Shown piece after piece: positions 1-9,954 of a stretch of DNA of 64,000 nt. The stretch spans positions 3,596,001-3,660,000 of the forward strand of contig OZ024757.1 in NCBI GenBank assembly GCA_964016885.1. Direction: 5' to 3'. Position numbers and translations under genes: made by a program. The notes below the pieces were generated by a model that worked only from the letters and a program-made list of their open reading frames with translations, was not told where the DNA came from and did no database searches. This stretch comes from Eledone cirrhosa (Eukaryota). Every line of letters begins with the position of its first letter. The first letter of the stretch is position 1.

Positions 1-4
1 CGAT

Positions 5-330
5 TAAAGCAAGCTGTTCTTGTAAAATGTTGCTCACTCAGTTAACCATTTTCGTTTTAGATAGTTTTTCACCAATAATAATATCACCAATAATATTAAC
101 ACCTATAATATTAACACCTGTAATGTACCGTATTCTACTTATAACTGTATCAAAGAGAGCAGTTGATATTTCAAGAATTATATCGGTTTGACGGTAAATT
201 ACTTCAAAACTCGATTTTATCAGCATATTCATATGTTCACAAACCTCTCAAATTATATATTTCATTTGTAAAAGAGACAGAGGCAATATACAAGGTAGCT
301 TTTAATAGAGACAATTATATAGAGATAGTA
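5..330 (-). pseudogene. Possible highly decayed Penelope-like GIY-YIG endonuclease C-terminal remnant
   Basis: Fragments in shifting frames (NCL..YLVY, KYI, IKSSFEVIYRQ, NINCSL, KMVN..QH) occur in the same order as motifs of the endonuclease at 6570-7003. The similarity is weak. Confidence 0.25.
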
Positions 331-342
331 GCTTCTGCTCCA

Positions 343-580
343 TATAACGACATCCTAAACCATGTATCTCTCGTTAATCCTGGAAGCCATGGAGCAGGCT
401 ACTACCATGAACAAGTTTGACAATTCTCCAACAACGGAAGAGTTTTAGATTGCAGTAAGACAAATAAACACGGGCAAACTATCTGGAAAAGATGGTATAG
501 TGGCTGAAATAGTGAAACAAGGTCGACCTAAAGTAAACAATTTATTGCATAACATATAGCAGGTGTGGTTGAAGGAGTTA
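343..580 (+). pseudogene. RTE-clade LINE fragment (region just N-terminal to the RT domain), degenerate
   Basis: Manual translation gives YNDILNHVSLVNP, a frameshift, then ILEAMEQATTMNKFDNSPTTEEF*IAVRQINTGKLSGKDGIVAEIVKQGRPKVNNLLHNI*QVWLKE. This matches the PTxEEVxxAIxxLxxGKAPGxDGIxAExxKxG motif of non-LTR (RTE-type) retrotransposons. In-frame stops lie at 446-448 and 557-559. Confidence 0.8.
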
Positions 581-680
581 CATATGTGTGTGTGCGCATG
601 TAAATGTGCGTGTGCTTATATATATATATATATATATGAAATATTGTTACGAGAGGGTTACGTTTACATAATGTTTTATT

Positions 681-756
681 GCATTATATTTATTTCAATG
701 ATATGGTTATGCAATGGTTAAATCATTGACAGTCTCCATGTGACATCATCAGATGC
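681..756 (-). ncRNA. Type I hammerhead ribozyme, variant with an extra segment between the core and stem II
   Basis: The minus strand reads GCAT-CTGATGA-TGTCACATGGAGACTGTC-AATGAT...ATCATT-GAAA-TAAATA-TA-ATGC. The core boxes are intact, stem I is GCAT/ATGC, and the putative cleavage triplet is AUA. Confidence 0.55.
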
Positions 757-800
757 TCATGGAATTTTGAGGTGTAGTTATGCAAATATGCATATGTGCC

Positions 801-860
801 GCTGCTAATGTATTACCAGCTTGGTGTGATGCGTGTAACAAGGTGGTAATGCATTACCAG

Positions 861-861
<1 letters not shown>
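801..861. repeat. Imperfect inverted repeat (fold-back), ~23-bp arms
   Basis: GCTGCTAATGTATTACCAGCTTG pairs with CAAGGTGGTAATGCATTACCAGC. Confidence 0.8.
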
Positions 862-917
<56 letters not shown>

Positions 918-923
<6 letters not shown>

Positions 924-1088
924 TTCAAAATATTAACAAAAATAGAACTTCTTGTGATCAAGTATATTTTATTATACATATTTCAGAGGTACTGAGCTAA
1001 CTTCAACAGTATGTCCTCATCAGATAAAATAAGATGAGGCATGACATACCCTGACATAGTAGATGGTTAAGATCCAGTCATGGTAGTC
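918..1088 (-). mobile_element. Short HHR-bearing non-autonomous element (Penelope pLTR-like / retrozyme-like), flanked by (TA)n
   Basis: The reverse complement aligns closely with ~4665-4833. (TA)n tracts lie at 869-917 and 1089-1103. Confidence 0.75.
965..1031 (-). ncRNA. Minimal type I hammerhead ribozyme
   Basis: The minus strand reads TATTTTAT-CTGATGA-GGACATACTGTTGAAGTTAGCTCAGTACCTCT-GAAA-TATGTA-TA-ATAAAATA. It has a perfect 8-bp stem I, an intact core and a short near-palindromic stem III. Confidence 0.85.
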
Positions 1089-1145
1089 ATATATATATAT
1101 ATAATAAAAGGACGAGGTGTTAGATCTTCATTACATTTATTGATG

Positions 1146-1183
1146 TGATCAATCACGAAACGCGCGCGTTTCGTGATTGATCA
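1146..1183. repeat. Perfect 38-bp palindrome centred on GAAACGCG|CGCGTTTC
   Basis: TGATCAATCACGAAACGCG followed directly by CGCGTTTCGTGATTGATCA. Confidence 0.9.
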
Positions 1184-1246
1184 GCTCAAGCTTCGATCTG
1201 TATCGATAGGGCTTCGATCTGGAATCAAAAGCTCATCAGACTTCTG
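1161..1246 (-). ncRNA. Candidate disrupted hammerhead ribozyme
   Basis: The minus strand reads CAGAAGT-CTGATGA-GC...ATCAATCAC-GAAA-CGCGCGCG. GAAACGCG is a common stem III in Penelope-associated minimal HHRs. The 3' arm of stem I is missing, replaced by the palindrome. An A/C-rich minus-strand segment (1250-1560) precedes it and may be an element 3' UTR. Confidence 0.4.
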
Positions 1247-1595
1247 TTATGGTAATGAAAATGATTCCTATACAACTTTGAAACAGTACATATCAGTTCT
1301 CATCATTTATGGTGGTAAATTCTACTCCATATTGATTGGAGGTTTTGGGGAGAAGAAATATTTGGTTATATGGGATGGGTAAGGAGGAGAATTAGGAGGA
1401 AGAATGGGGTTGTGGAGATGAAAGAATGATGGTGGGGTACACCTCTTGATAGATGTCGTGTGGGGTGGTGTTTTGGTTGCTTCTTAGACATTTTAGCGTT
1501 TATGTGGCGATGTGGGGGTGTTAGGGTGAGATTCAAGCGATGAATAGATGCTCGTAAACTATATATATATTTATATATATATGTGTGTGTGTGTG

Positions 1596-1642
<47 letters not shown>

Positions 1643-1645
<3 letters not shown>

Positions 1646-1822
1646 TTAATCGGTCGGGGTACCGAAAACGATAAAAGGAAAACATGAAACGAAATTTCAT
1701 TTCTCACTCTTAGTACGGCTGTTACTTAAATATAAGTATTTATACGTACATACATATATGTACGTATGAATGTTCGGTGAATCCATACGTACTTATATAT
1801 ATGTGTGCATGTATGTATATAT
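1643..1822. mobile_element. Rearranged fragment related to the element at 7984-8585
   Basis: 1643-1666 matches 8069-8092 (direct), 1684-1730 matches ~8466-8513 (reverse complement), and 1769-1822 matches 8358-8411 (direct). Confidence 0.75.
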
Positions 1823-2039
1823 AGAGATAGAGAGAAGAAATTAACAAGAGGATGGATAAGACTCATATAACGTAATTTGGGGGAAATATATTCTAAGTAT
1901 ATATCTAATAGTACGTGTATTTACGATTAAATATTTGTTAAAATTCTTTTCTAATATAATATTTACCGTTATAAGTAAATAGAAAAATAAATAGATAGAA
2001 GAATAGATAGAAAAATAAATAGAAGAATAGATAGAAAAA

Positions 2040-2078
<39 letters not shown>

Positions 2079-2640
2079 ATAGATAAATAGATAAATTTTA
2101 ACAAAAGAATTTTAATAAATATTTAATCGTAAATACACGTACCATTAGATATAAACTTAGAATATATTTCCCCCAAATTACGTTATATGAGTTTTATCCA
2201 TCCTCTTGTTAATTTCTTCTCTCTATCTCTCTCGTAATATTTTTTTATTTTTTCTCTCGCTCTTTCTCCAGTGTCATTTAAATAAACGGTTGTTTTTTAA
2301 AATTATTTACATATTCATTTGCTTATTCAAACATAAGTTTGTTCACACATAACCCCTAATATATTTCCACTATCCAGTGAATTTCCAACCGATAAGGTAT
2401 GATTTTCCTGCGTATGTCTCTATTTATAAAACAAACTTTGTATTTTATCTGATGAAAGCGTACCAATGGTGTCTTAGTTACCCTTGAAATATATATAATA
2501 AAATAAATATGGTTTTATAAATATAGTTTCCATTTATTTAATATCATTGAATATTTACTCCAGTAATTTGTTGAGTGCTCTAAATCAGTTATAAACATAT
2601 ATATTTGTCGGACTTCCAACAAATTAAATATCACTTCTAC
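1822..2640 (+). mobile_element. HHR-bearing non-autonomous element with a 5' inverted duplication
   Basis: Arms of ~129 bp at 1822-1950 and 2103-2231 are reverse complements around a TAGA/TAAA spacer. The HHR is at 2441-2505. The 3' tail is homologous to 3462-3592 and ends in ACTTCTAC just before (TA)n. Confidence 0.7.
2441..2505 (+). ncRNA. Minimal type I hammerhead ribozyme
   Basis: TATTTTAT-CTGATGA-AAG...CTT-GAAA-TATATA-TA-ATAAAATA. It has an 8-bp stem I and a palindromic ATATATAT stem III. Confidence 0.85.
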
Positions 2641-2641
2641 T

Positions 2642-2708
<67 letters not shown>
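2642..2708. repeat. (TA)n(GA)n compound microsatellite
   Basis: Direct reading. Confidence 0.95.
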
Positions 2709-2713
<5 letters not shown>

Positions 2714-3065
2714 GATCTCCTTCACGCCCTCACCCTTTTTTCTATATTTATCTACCACGCCACCCTCTACATTTCACTATCTCTCACTCTCTCTTTCTAT
2801 ATTTACCTATCCAGTCATTGCACCCCCTACAACATAGACTCATATATATATATATAAACGCACACACACACACACAGACAGAAACACACACACACACAGA
2901 AACACACACAGGCACACTCACACAGACAGAGACACAGTATAGGTTTGTTCATTAACAGAGAAGTCTCCTCGAGGTAGACTGTAGTTGTCAGTGGATTACT
3001 GGATTAAAGGATTACTGGATTATGGTCGGATTAGCGGTGTAAGAAGAGGTTACTGCCAGTGGTAG

Positions 3066-3066
<1 letters not shown>

Positions 3067-3118
<52 letters not shown>

Positions 3119-3140
3119 TATATATATATATATATATATA
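3067..3140. repeat. (CTA)n followed by (TA)n microsatellite
   Basis: Direct reading. Confidence 0.95.
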
Positions 3141-3186
3141 ATACGATATATTAACAAATGGAAACTATATTTATAAAACCATATTT

Positions 3187-3250
3187 ATTTCATTATACAT
3201 ATTTCAAGGACACCAAGTTAAATTATGGTGTGCTTTCATCAGATAAAAAT
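3187..3250 (-). ncRNA. Minimal type I hammerhead ribozyme (left arm of palindrome)
   Basis: The minus strand reads ATTTTTAT-CTGATGA-AAGCACACCA-TAATTTAACT-TGGTGTCCTT-GAAA-TATGTA-TA-ATGAAAT. Confidence 0.85.
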
Positions 3251-3396
3251 ATAATATAGAGCATTTTTATAAATAAATATTGACATACCCTTAAATAATG
3301 CGACCATTTCTGTTGGAAGCTCCGGAAGCATCCAACAGAAATGGTCGCATTCTTTAAGGGTATGTCAATATTTATTTATAAAACCGATCTATATTA

Positions 3397-3461
3397 TATT
3401 TTATCTGATGAAAGCACACCCTAATTTAACTTGGTGTCCTTGAAATATGTATAATGAAATA
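3397..3461 (+). ncRNA. Minimal type I hammerhead ribozyme (right arm of palindrome)
   Basis: TATTTTAT-CTGATGA-AAGCACACC...GGTGTCCTT-GAAA-TATGTA-TA-ATGAAATA, with one G-U pair in stem I. Confidence 0.85.
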
Positions 3462-4128
3462 AATATGGTTTTATAAATATAGTTTCCATTTGTTAATATA
3501 TCGTATTTTTACTCCAATAATTTGTTGAGTGCTTTATATCAGTTATAAAAATATTTGCTTGTTGTATCCTAACAATTTAAATAGAACTTCTACATATATA
3601 TATATATATATTTGTGTGTGTGTGTGTGTACATATATGCGTATGTATATACGAGTATGCCCATGCATAGCAACCCGTACATTTGTGTGCAAAGTTATACA
3701 CGCGCATGTCTGTTATATTTCTAAATCTTAATTATTCCTCATCTGTGCCAGAGAGTGCCCGTGAATCTGTTTACACACAACAGACTTCCAGATAACCCTT
3801 CAGTTGTTTCCCTTGATCCATTTTCCACTGGACAGAATAACCCTAGAAATTGGTGAGTTCGATTTCAAATGGTTTTCCAGTTTTCAGCCCAGAATTACCT
3901 CCCCTGATTACAATATACATCTCTACTCTTAGGAGAGAGATTTAACCTAGGGACAACTTCTTCCTCCTTTTATCAACATGCCTGAAAGAAGGGCCAGTTT
4001 AAAAGTGCCTCTGCCAAATACCCTGGTGGCCAGGACTGGACCTGAAACCATTGGTAGCAGATTCGTCTTAAGTGTTGTTACCCCCCCCCCCCTCCCCCGC
4101 ACACACATATATACACATACACACATAT

Positions 4129-4162
<34 letters not shown>

Positions 4163-4224
4163 TCTTTTTTCTTTGCAAGGTTTCTGATATGAAATCGTGT
4201 GTTGAAACATTGTTTACTCCGTGT

Positions 4225-4310
4225 TTCCTCCCCTTTTATTGTAAAGTTTACTCCATTTTTATTTAACTTTTATTAAAAATGGAGTAAAGTTTACAATACA
4301 ATCGGAGGAA
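4225..4310. repeat. Imperfect inverted repeat (fold-back)
   Basis: TATTGTAAAGTTTACTCCATTTTTA pairs with TAAAAATGGAGTAAAGTTTACAATA. An outer TTCCTCC/GGAGGAA pair closes it. Confidence 0.85.
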
Positions 4311-4315
4311 GCATA

Positions 4316-4370
4316 ATAGTACCACTGATGATGTCACAGATGTGTGACGAAAGAACTTTGATAGACTATA
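4316..4370 (+). ncRNA. Candidate hammerhead core (stems I and III not resolved)
   Basis: CTGATGA-T-GTCACA-GATG-TGTGAC-GAAA gives a perfect 6-bp stem II between the two core boxes. It shares CTGATGATGTCACA with the HHR at 681-756. Confidence 0.5.
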
Positions 4371-4487
4371 TATATATATATTTATAGCTGTATTTTTAAC
4401 CGTTGGTCAATCAATGATAAACATTGATTGCCAAATAAATTAACTATGGAGATATAAAAGATACAGAAGCGAAAACCAACCAAACAG

Positions 4488-4529
4488 TTCTGTTATTATT
4501 TCTGTTATTATGTTCTGTTATTATTTCTG
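4488..4529. repeat. 12-bp tandem repeat (TTCTGTTATTAT), about 3.5 copies
   Basis: Direct reading. Confidence 0.85.
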
Positions 4530-4567
4530 GCAATATTACAACCAACAATATGACCCTCCCCAAGTAT

Positions 4568-4571
<4 letters not shown>

Positions 4572-4648
<77 letters not shown>
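4572..4648. repeat. (TA)n microsatellite
   Basis: Direct reading. Confidence 0.95.
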
Positions 4649-5216
<568 letters not shown>

Positions 5217-5294
5217 TATATATATATATATATATATATATTCATTAGTTAAGCAAAACAAGACCACAAATTTCACAAGGAAGACATTATTATT

Positions 5295-6245
5295 ATGCTC
5301 AACAAAGCATTAACCCTAGCCAGCACCAACTCTGACATAACCAATAATGAGATTGACATCATACTTATGGCTAGGCAGACCATCATTAAATTCAACGGAG
5401 CACTCTGGACTAGAAAAGACAGAACAGGCAACTTTGACATCACGATGGGCTCAAGTGACTCTGCACAATTCACCGATTTAGTTGGAATTTACCTATTACA
5501 TAACATCAGAGATGAAATCCAACCCTTGCAAGGTGGAATATATAGGGCCGACACCCTATTTGCAGTCCACAATTGCACTAATCGAGGCATTGACTTGCTC
5601 AAAAAACAATTACATAGATTCTTTAAAAATAACGGTCTCTCTATCACCATCGAGCCGAACCATAAAGTAGTAAACTTCCTAGACGTTACCCTGGATCTTA
5701 ACAAGAACCTATATTACCCTTATCATAAACCAGGTGAAATACTTACATATATTAGCCCACTCTCAAACCATCCACCGGCAGTCATCAGAACAGTAAACAA
5801 ATCTATCTCCTATAGGATCTCCATGCTATCAGCAAATGAGGATATATTTATAAACCATGCAGCATATTATAATAAGGCTCTTTCTGAATCTGGTTATGAA
5901 CAGTCCATTTACTACATACCTAAATGCCATAACACAGCACTTCACCACAACCATAATAAACTTAACACTAGAACTAGAAATACCTTAGCATATAGCCAGA
6001 TTCGCCGGAATTTTAGCAGTAACAGCACCTATACAGGGAAGTTTAATGGTGGCAGCAGCCTGCTCCCCACTCCAAGTAGCAAACTAAAAATCAACCCTAG
6101 AATAGGAATGAGTAATGGGATGACAAATAACAAATGCCCAGATAATAATAACCCTATGAAGGCACATACCAACTACACTAGAACCCCTAGAAGGAATAGG
6201 CCTAGAAATATCACCTGGCTTAAGCCCCATTCTCATCTAATCTAG
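5295..6245 (+). pseudogene. Penelope-like reverse transcriptase, C-terminal part with thumb; catalytic motif mutated
   Basis: Motifs FDITMGSSDSAQFTDLVG, GIYRADT (expected YRDD, 5541-5552), VNFLDVTLDL, PYHKP...YI...SNHPP, ALSESGY and RNITW. The N-terminal RT motif A is absent. A frameshift near 6225 moves PFSSN..KHFP..KLFNKNNIKISFS into other frames. Confidence 0.9.
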
Positions 6246-6489
6246 CCACTAATATCCCTAAACGCTTCTTCTCTATCCTATCTAAACATTTCCCCCCAAC
6301 CATAGATATTACAAACTCTTTAATAAAAATAACATTAAAATCTCATTCTCCACAACACCTAGCCTAGCTAGCCACATCGCATTCAGTAACCATCATAAAC
6401 TAAGACAGTATAACTCCCACACCGCGGTACCACCACGGTTATACACCATCAAATACACCACGCCACTACACCAATACTTACTCTAGTAG

Positions 6490-7003
6490 CACACCTCCCC
6501 CATATAACCCTTCTAGCACTGACCAACCGCTTAGGTTAAACAACCCTACTCTCACTAACCGCAGAAGTAAATGCAACCGCCGTTACCCTAATGCATGCCC
6601 ACTAAATGGACATTGCCTGACACCCAATATAGTTTATAGGTGCACGGTTAAAACTGCTTCGCACACCAGCTCCTATATCGGCTCTACCTCTAACCCTTTT
6701 AAGGTACGCTATAACGGGCACTCTTTTTCCTTCCGACACCCTAACAGCAGATGTTCGACATCTCTAGCTAGGCTCATTAAAAACCTTAAATTAACCAACA
6801 TTGAACACTCACTAACATGGGATATCTTGGCTAGGGCCCAACCGTTCAATGGACGAAGAAACTCTTGTGACCTCTGTCTTACCGAAGCATATTACATAAC
6901 TCTATCACGACTTCTACCGTTTAACGATAAAACGGAGGTAACTATTAGCTGTCAACATCGAAGAGCTAATTCCTTCGTCAACAGAATATTTGACCCAACA
7001 TAG
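6490..7003 (+). pseudogene. GIY-YIG endonuclease domain of the Penelope-like element (not in the ORF track)
   Basis: Manual translation: KCNRRYPNACPLNGHCLTPNIVYRCTVKTASHTSSYIGSTSNPFKVRYNGHSFSFRH...TSLARLIKNLK...WDILARAQPF...CDLCLTEAYYI...NDKTE...CQHR..., stop TAG at 7001-7003. IVY is at 6629-6637 and YIG at 6674-6682. Confidence 0.9.
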
Positions 7004-7401
7004 TCATCTAGCCCCATTTTTACTTGTAGTTAATAAGTTAAATAGTTATAGCTAACTTAGATGATTATAAGTTACCTCCCTTACATTGTCTCTCAATTAA
7101 AAAATTAAAAAATTAAAAAATTAAAAAATTAGCACTTCTTAACTATAAACTACCCACAATTTATAATCTCTCGAAGAGTTACTTCCCTGAAACCACCCTC
7201 TAATTAGTAAGGTAAATATGTCCATTGGCGGCCATCTTGTTACCCATAGGCAGATCTCACACAATGCAGCCTCGACAGAAGAATACTGCTCGACTTTGCC
7301 ATACAATAGATATACCCAGGACACCATAGTGAAATACCAACATATGGAACATTACATTCATGTAACATTCTTTCCTTATTTTAATTTATATTCCTTTTGA
7401 A

Positions 7402-7520
7402 GTTCCGATGAGCTGCTCTATTTTTACCTATGTTAATTATCTTCAACTGAACCAGATCAATAATGATCTATAATCATTTGATCCAGAAATATTATATGGA
7501 GTAGTGAAATAATTGTAAAC
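7402..7520 (+). ncRNA. Hammerhead ribozyme-like motif at the element 3' end (U4->C, very long loop II)
   Basis: GTT-CCGATGA-GCTGCTCTAT...ATGGAGTAGT-GAAA-TAATTG-TA-AAC. It has a 10-bp stem II with G-U pairs, a near-palindromic stem III and a GUA triplet. Confidence 0.6.
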
Positions 7521-7532
7521 GGACATTATTAT

Positions 7533-7735
7533 TGGCAGTATCGGTAGAGGGTGGAACGCCATGCTTTGATGCATGAGGTTACGGCCCTTGCCATTCTGAG
7601 TTCAAATCCCGCCGAGGTTAACTTTGCCTTTCATCCTTATGGGGTCGATAAAATAAAGTACCAGTAATACACTGGGTAATTGCTGGCCTTGTGCCAATAG
7701 TAGAACCAATTATGATTAATATTATTATTATTATT
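7533..7735 (+). mobile_element. tRNA-derived SINE (octopus-type)
   Basis: Pol III A box TGGCAGTATCGG (7533-7544), B box GAGTTCAAATCC (7598-7609), central TTCATCC..GGGGTCGATAAAATAAAGTACC and a (TTA)n tail. It is homologous to the copies at 63770-64000. Confidence 0.85.
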
Positions 7736-7983
7736 CTCTACATTACTTACATCAAATTAAAATATGTTGACAATCTTTTAATAATGTCTTACTTGTGAAA
7801 TTTGTGGTCTTGTTTTGCTTAACTAATGAATATTTCCAACTCTGTGCACCTAACCTCTGCATGAACCCAGCCACCTAGCTGCCTTCCACTGCATATTGCA
7901 CATTGAGCACATGCCTTTACGCTTTGGCTTCTAACTAATTCACCAATCTCTCTTCTCCTCTCCTATCTCATCTCCTATCTCCA

Positions 7984-8585
7984 TCTCTCTATTTAAGATT
8001 GAGCGTCTGAAAGTATATACTTTCCTTATGCATATTAACGGCCGAGCAGCCTAATTAGCATATCGAGTGAGTTAATCGGCCGGGCGCACCGAACACAATA
8101 AATGGTTTGTTTGTAAACAATTAACTCACTCGATATGCTAATTAGGCTGCTCATCCGTTAATATGCATCAGGAAAGTATATACTTTCAGACGTTCAATCA
8201 TCTGGCAGGAACGTATACGGTGCTGACAATAGCTAATAAGCTTGAAACTAGTACATCGTTCCATTGTCAGTTTTGAACAAAAGGGCAACGATGGTTGCTG
8301 AACACTGTACGGCTTAATTCGGGATGTTTGTTTACAAACAAACCGAGCATTATAATAAATGCTCGGTAAATCCATACGTACATATATATATGTGTGCATG
8401 TATGTATATATATACATACTACTGTACGTCTGTATATATATATGTATGCACGTACACATACATATATTTAAGTAACAGCCGTACTAAGAGTGAGAAATGA
8501 AATTTCGTTTCATTTTGTTCCATTTATATATATATAAACGTATAAACGGCTGTTATTTCTAGCACCGGGAATGCGGGACGGCTAG
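7984..8585 (+). mobile_element. Probable non-autonomous Helitron with a long internal palindrome
   Basis: 5' A|TC at 7983/7984 and 3' CTAG|T at 8582-8586, with a weak subterminal hairpin CCG-GGAATG-CGG (8565-8576). Inverted arms lie at ~7998-8076 and 8120-8199. Confidence 0.55.
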
Positions 8586-8599
8586 TTTGGCTGGCTACA

Positions 8600-8960
8600 C
8601 ACGTGTAATCAGACCTGCAAATTTTTTGAAGATGGAATGTACTAATTTTACTGGATTCCTGTTGATAAGCACAGAAGATTTGGATATTTCACTTTTTATT
8701 TCAATTCCATTTCGATTCTCTTTATTTTTCAATTCATGTACCATCGTTGCGAAACATATTTGGGTTTCGAAGTTCAAATTCATCTACGGAGCGGGTTTGG
8801 ATTTTGAAATTTAAATTTGTCCAGGAATCACGGCTTTTGCCAATATAAGCTTGTCTTTATTGACTTATATCGAGACAGACAAATTGTATTCACTTTAATT
8901 AGTTTATTTCATTGATAGCTAACTTTGTCTGTTGCAATATAAACACGTTTTGTGTTTATC
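8600..8960 (-). pseudogene. Possible decayed GIY-YIG endonuclease remnant
   Basis: The minus strand gives KTCLYC, then EYNLSV, then QAYIGKS (YIG at 8839-8847), then FATMVHELK...IEIKSEI, across frameshifts. Confidence 0.3.
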
Positions 8961-9047
8961 ATATATATTTTCACTGCTCAGAAATGCCTCTTTCTTGGAG
9001 CTGATTAATTGTAAACGACTAAGAGTTTAATCTCAAAATATAATATA

Positions 9048-9079
<32 letters not shown>

Positions 9080-9082
<3 letters not shown>

Positions 9083-9253
9083 CAAGTAAGACCCCGACGG
9101 CTGAGCTCAAGCCGTCGGGGTCTTACTTGTTCCTATTACCCACTCTACTACCCTAAGTATTGAGTACTTTGGTGCGTTATGGTCCACCTGGTTCCTTACC
9201 ACAGTTCCTTACCACATTTCCTTGAGCTCAGCCGTCGGGGTCCTACTCGTTCC
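9080..9253. mobile_element. Short hairpin-headed element in (TA)n, copy 2, with terminal inverted repeats
   Basis: Same hairpin and body as 5081-5216, with a local duplication of GTTCCTTACCACA. 9221-9252 is an imperfect reverse complement of 9080-9111. Confidence 0.75.
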
Positions 9254-9412
9254 TATATATATATATATATATTCACCAAGCTTCGTTCAGTTGTATTAGC
9301 GGAAGTGACGTAAAAACACCTTCTTAAGCTTCACTTCATCTCCCAGTCCCCACCCCCTCTCTCTATTAATACTCTCTGAGGTTTATGGTGTCGGAGGCGG
9401 GGACGGATTACA

Positions 9413-9700
9413 TGTGTGTGTGTCGGTCTGTGTGTCTGTGCGTGTGTTAGTGTGTGTGTTAGTGTGTGTGTGTCTGTGTGTGTGTGTTAGTGTGTGTGTT
9501 ACTGTGTGTGTTAGTGTGTGTGTGTCTGTGTACGTGTGTGTGTCACATGATCTGTTTCTACTCATCAACGCAGAGAGAGGCTTAACAATTATCTTCTTAG
9601 ATTAGTTTAGCTGTGTTGTGTGCGTGTGTGTGTGCGTGTGTGTGTGTATGTGTTAGAGTGTGTTAGTGTGTGTTAGTTAGGTGTGTTGTGTGTGTTGATG
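9413..9700. repeat. Degenerate (GT)n with TTA interruptions
   Basis: Direct reading. Confidence 0.85.
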
Positions 9701-9755
9701 TGGTGGGAAGTAAGCCAGTTAGCTATGTAATTACGTTGTTAGTGTATATATATAA

Positions 9756-9854
<99 letters not shown>

Positions 9855-9876
9855 CACACACACATATATATATATA

Positions 9877-9952
9877 TAGGGTGTCCCCAAAAATGTATGC
9901 ATACTTCAATAGCATTATAATAAATATGTGTATACATTTTTGGGACACCCTG
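9877..9952. mobile_element. 76-bp Tc1/mariner-type MITE in (TA)n
   Basis: TIRs AGGGTGTCCCCAAAAATGTATGCA and TGTATACATTTTTGGGACACCCTG give CAGGGTGTCCC-type termini in a TA context. Confidence 0.75.
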
Positions 9953-9954
9953 TT

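Larger units (their letters stand above)
3140..3592 (+). mobile_element. HHR-bearing element with a ~370-bp near-perfect palindrome (3140-3507) containing two divergent HHRs
   Basis: Arms of ~180 bp surround CCGG at 3322-3325. A unique tail at 3508-3592 is homologous to ~2555-2640. (TA)n lies on both sides. Confidence 0.8.
5243..7531 (+). mobile_element. Penelope-like retroelement (probably Naiad-type), 5'-truncated
   Basis: RT and thumb, Cys-rich linker and C-terminal GIY-YIG in order, then a ~0.5-kb 3' UTR ending in an HHR-like motif. It starts immediately after (TA)n at 5217-5240. Confidence 0.9.

Noticed and set aside
3945-4080. GC-richer segment, possible exon or old SINE (minus strand GGTTTCAGGTCCAGTCC resembles a B-box region)
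   Set aside because: No recognisable protein motif and too degenerate to call without a database search.
5295-7400. Selenocysteine recoding (in-frame UGA plus SECIS) as reported for some Naiad elements
   Set aside because: No in-frame TGA appears in the translated RT or endonuclease segments, and Cys positions use TGC/TGT. No convincing SECIS was seen by eye.
7533-7615. tRNA gene
   Set aside because: It has A and B boxes but no clean cloverleaf, and continues into a SINE body and (TTA)n tail.
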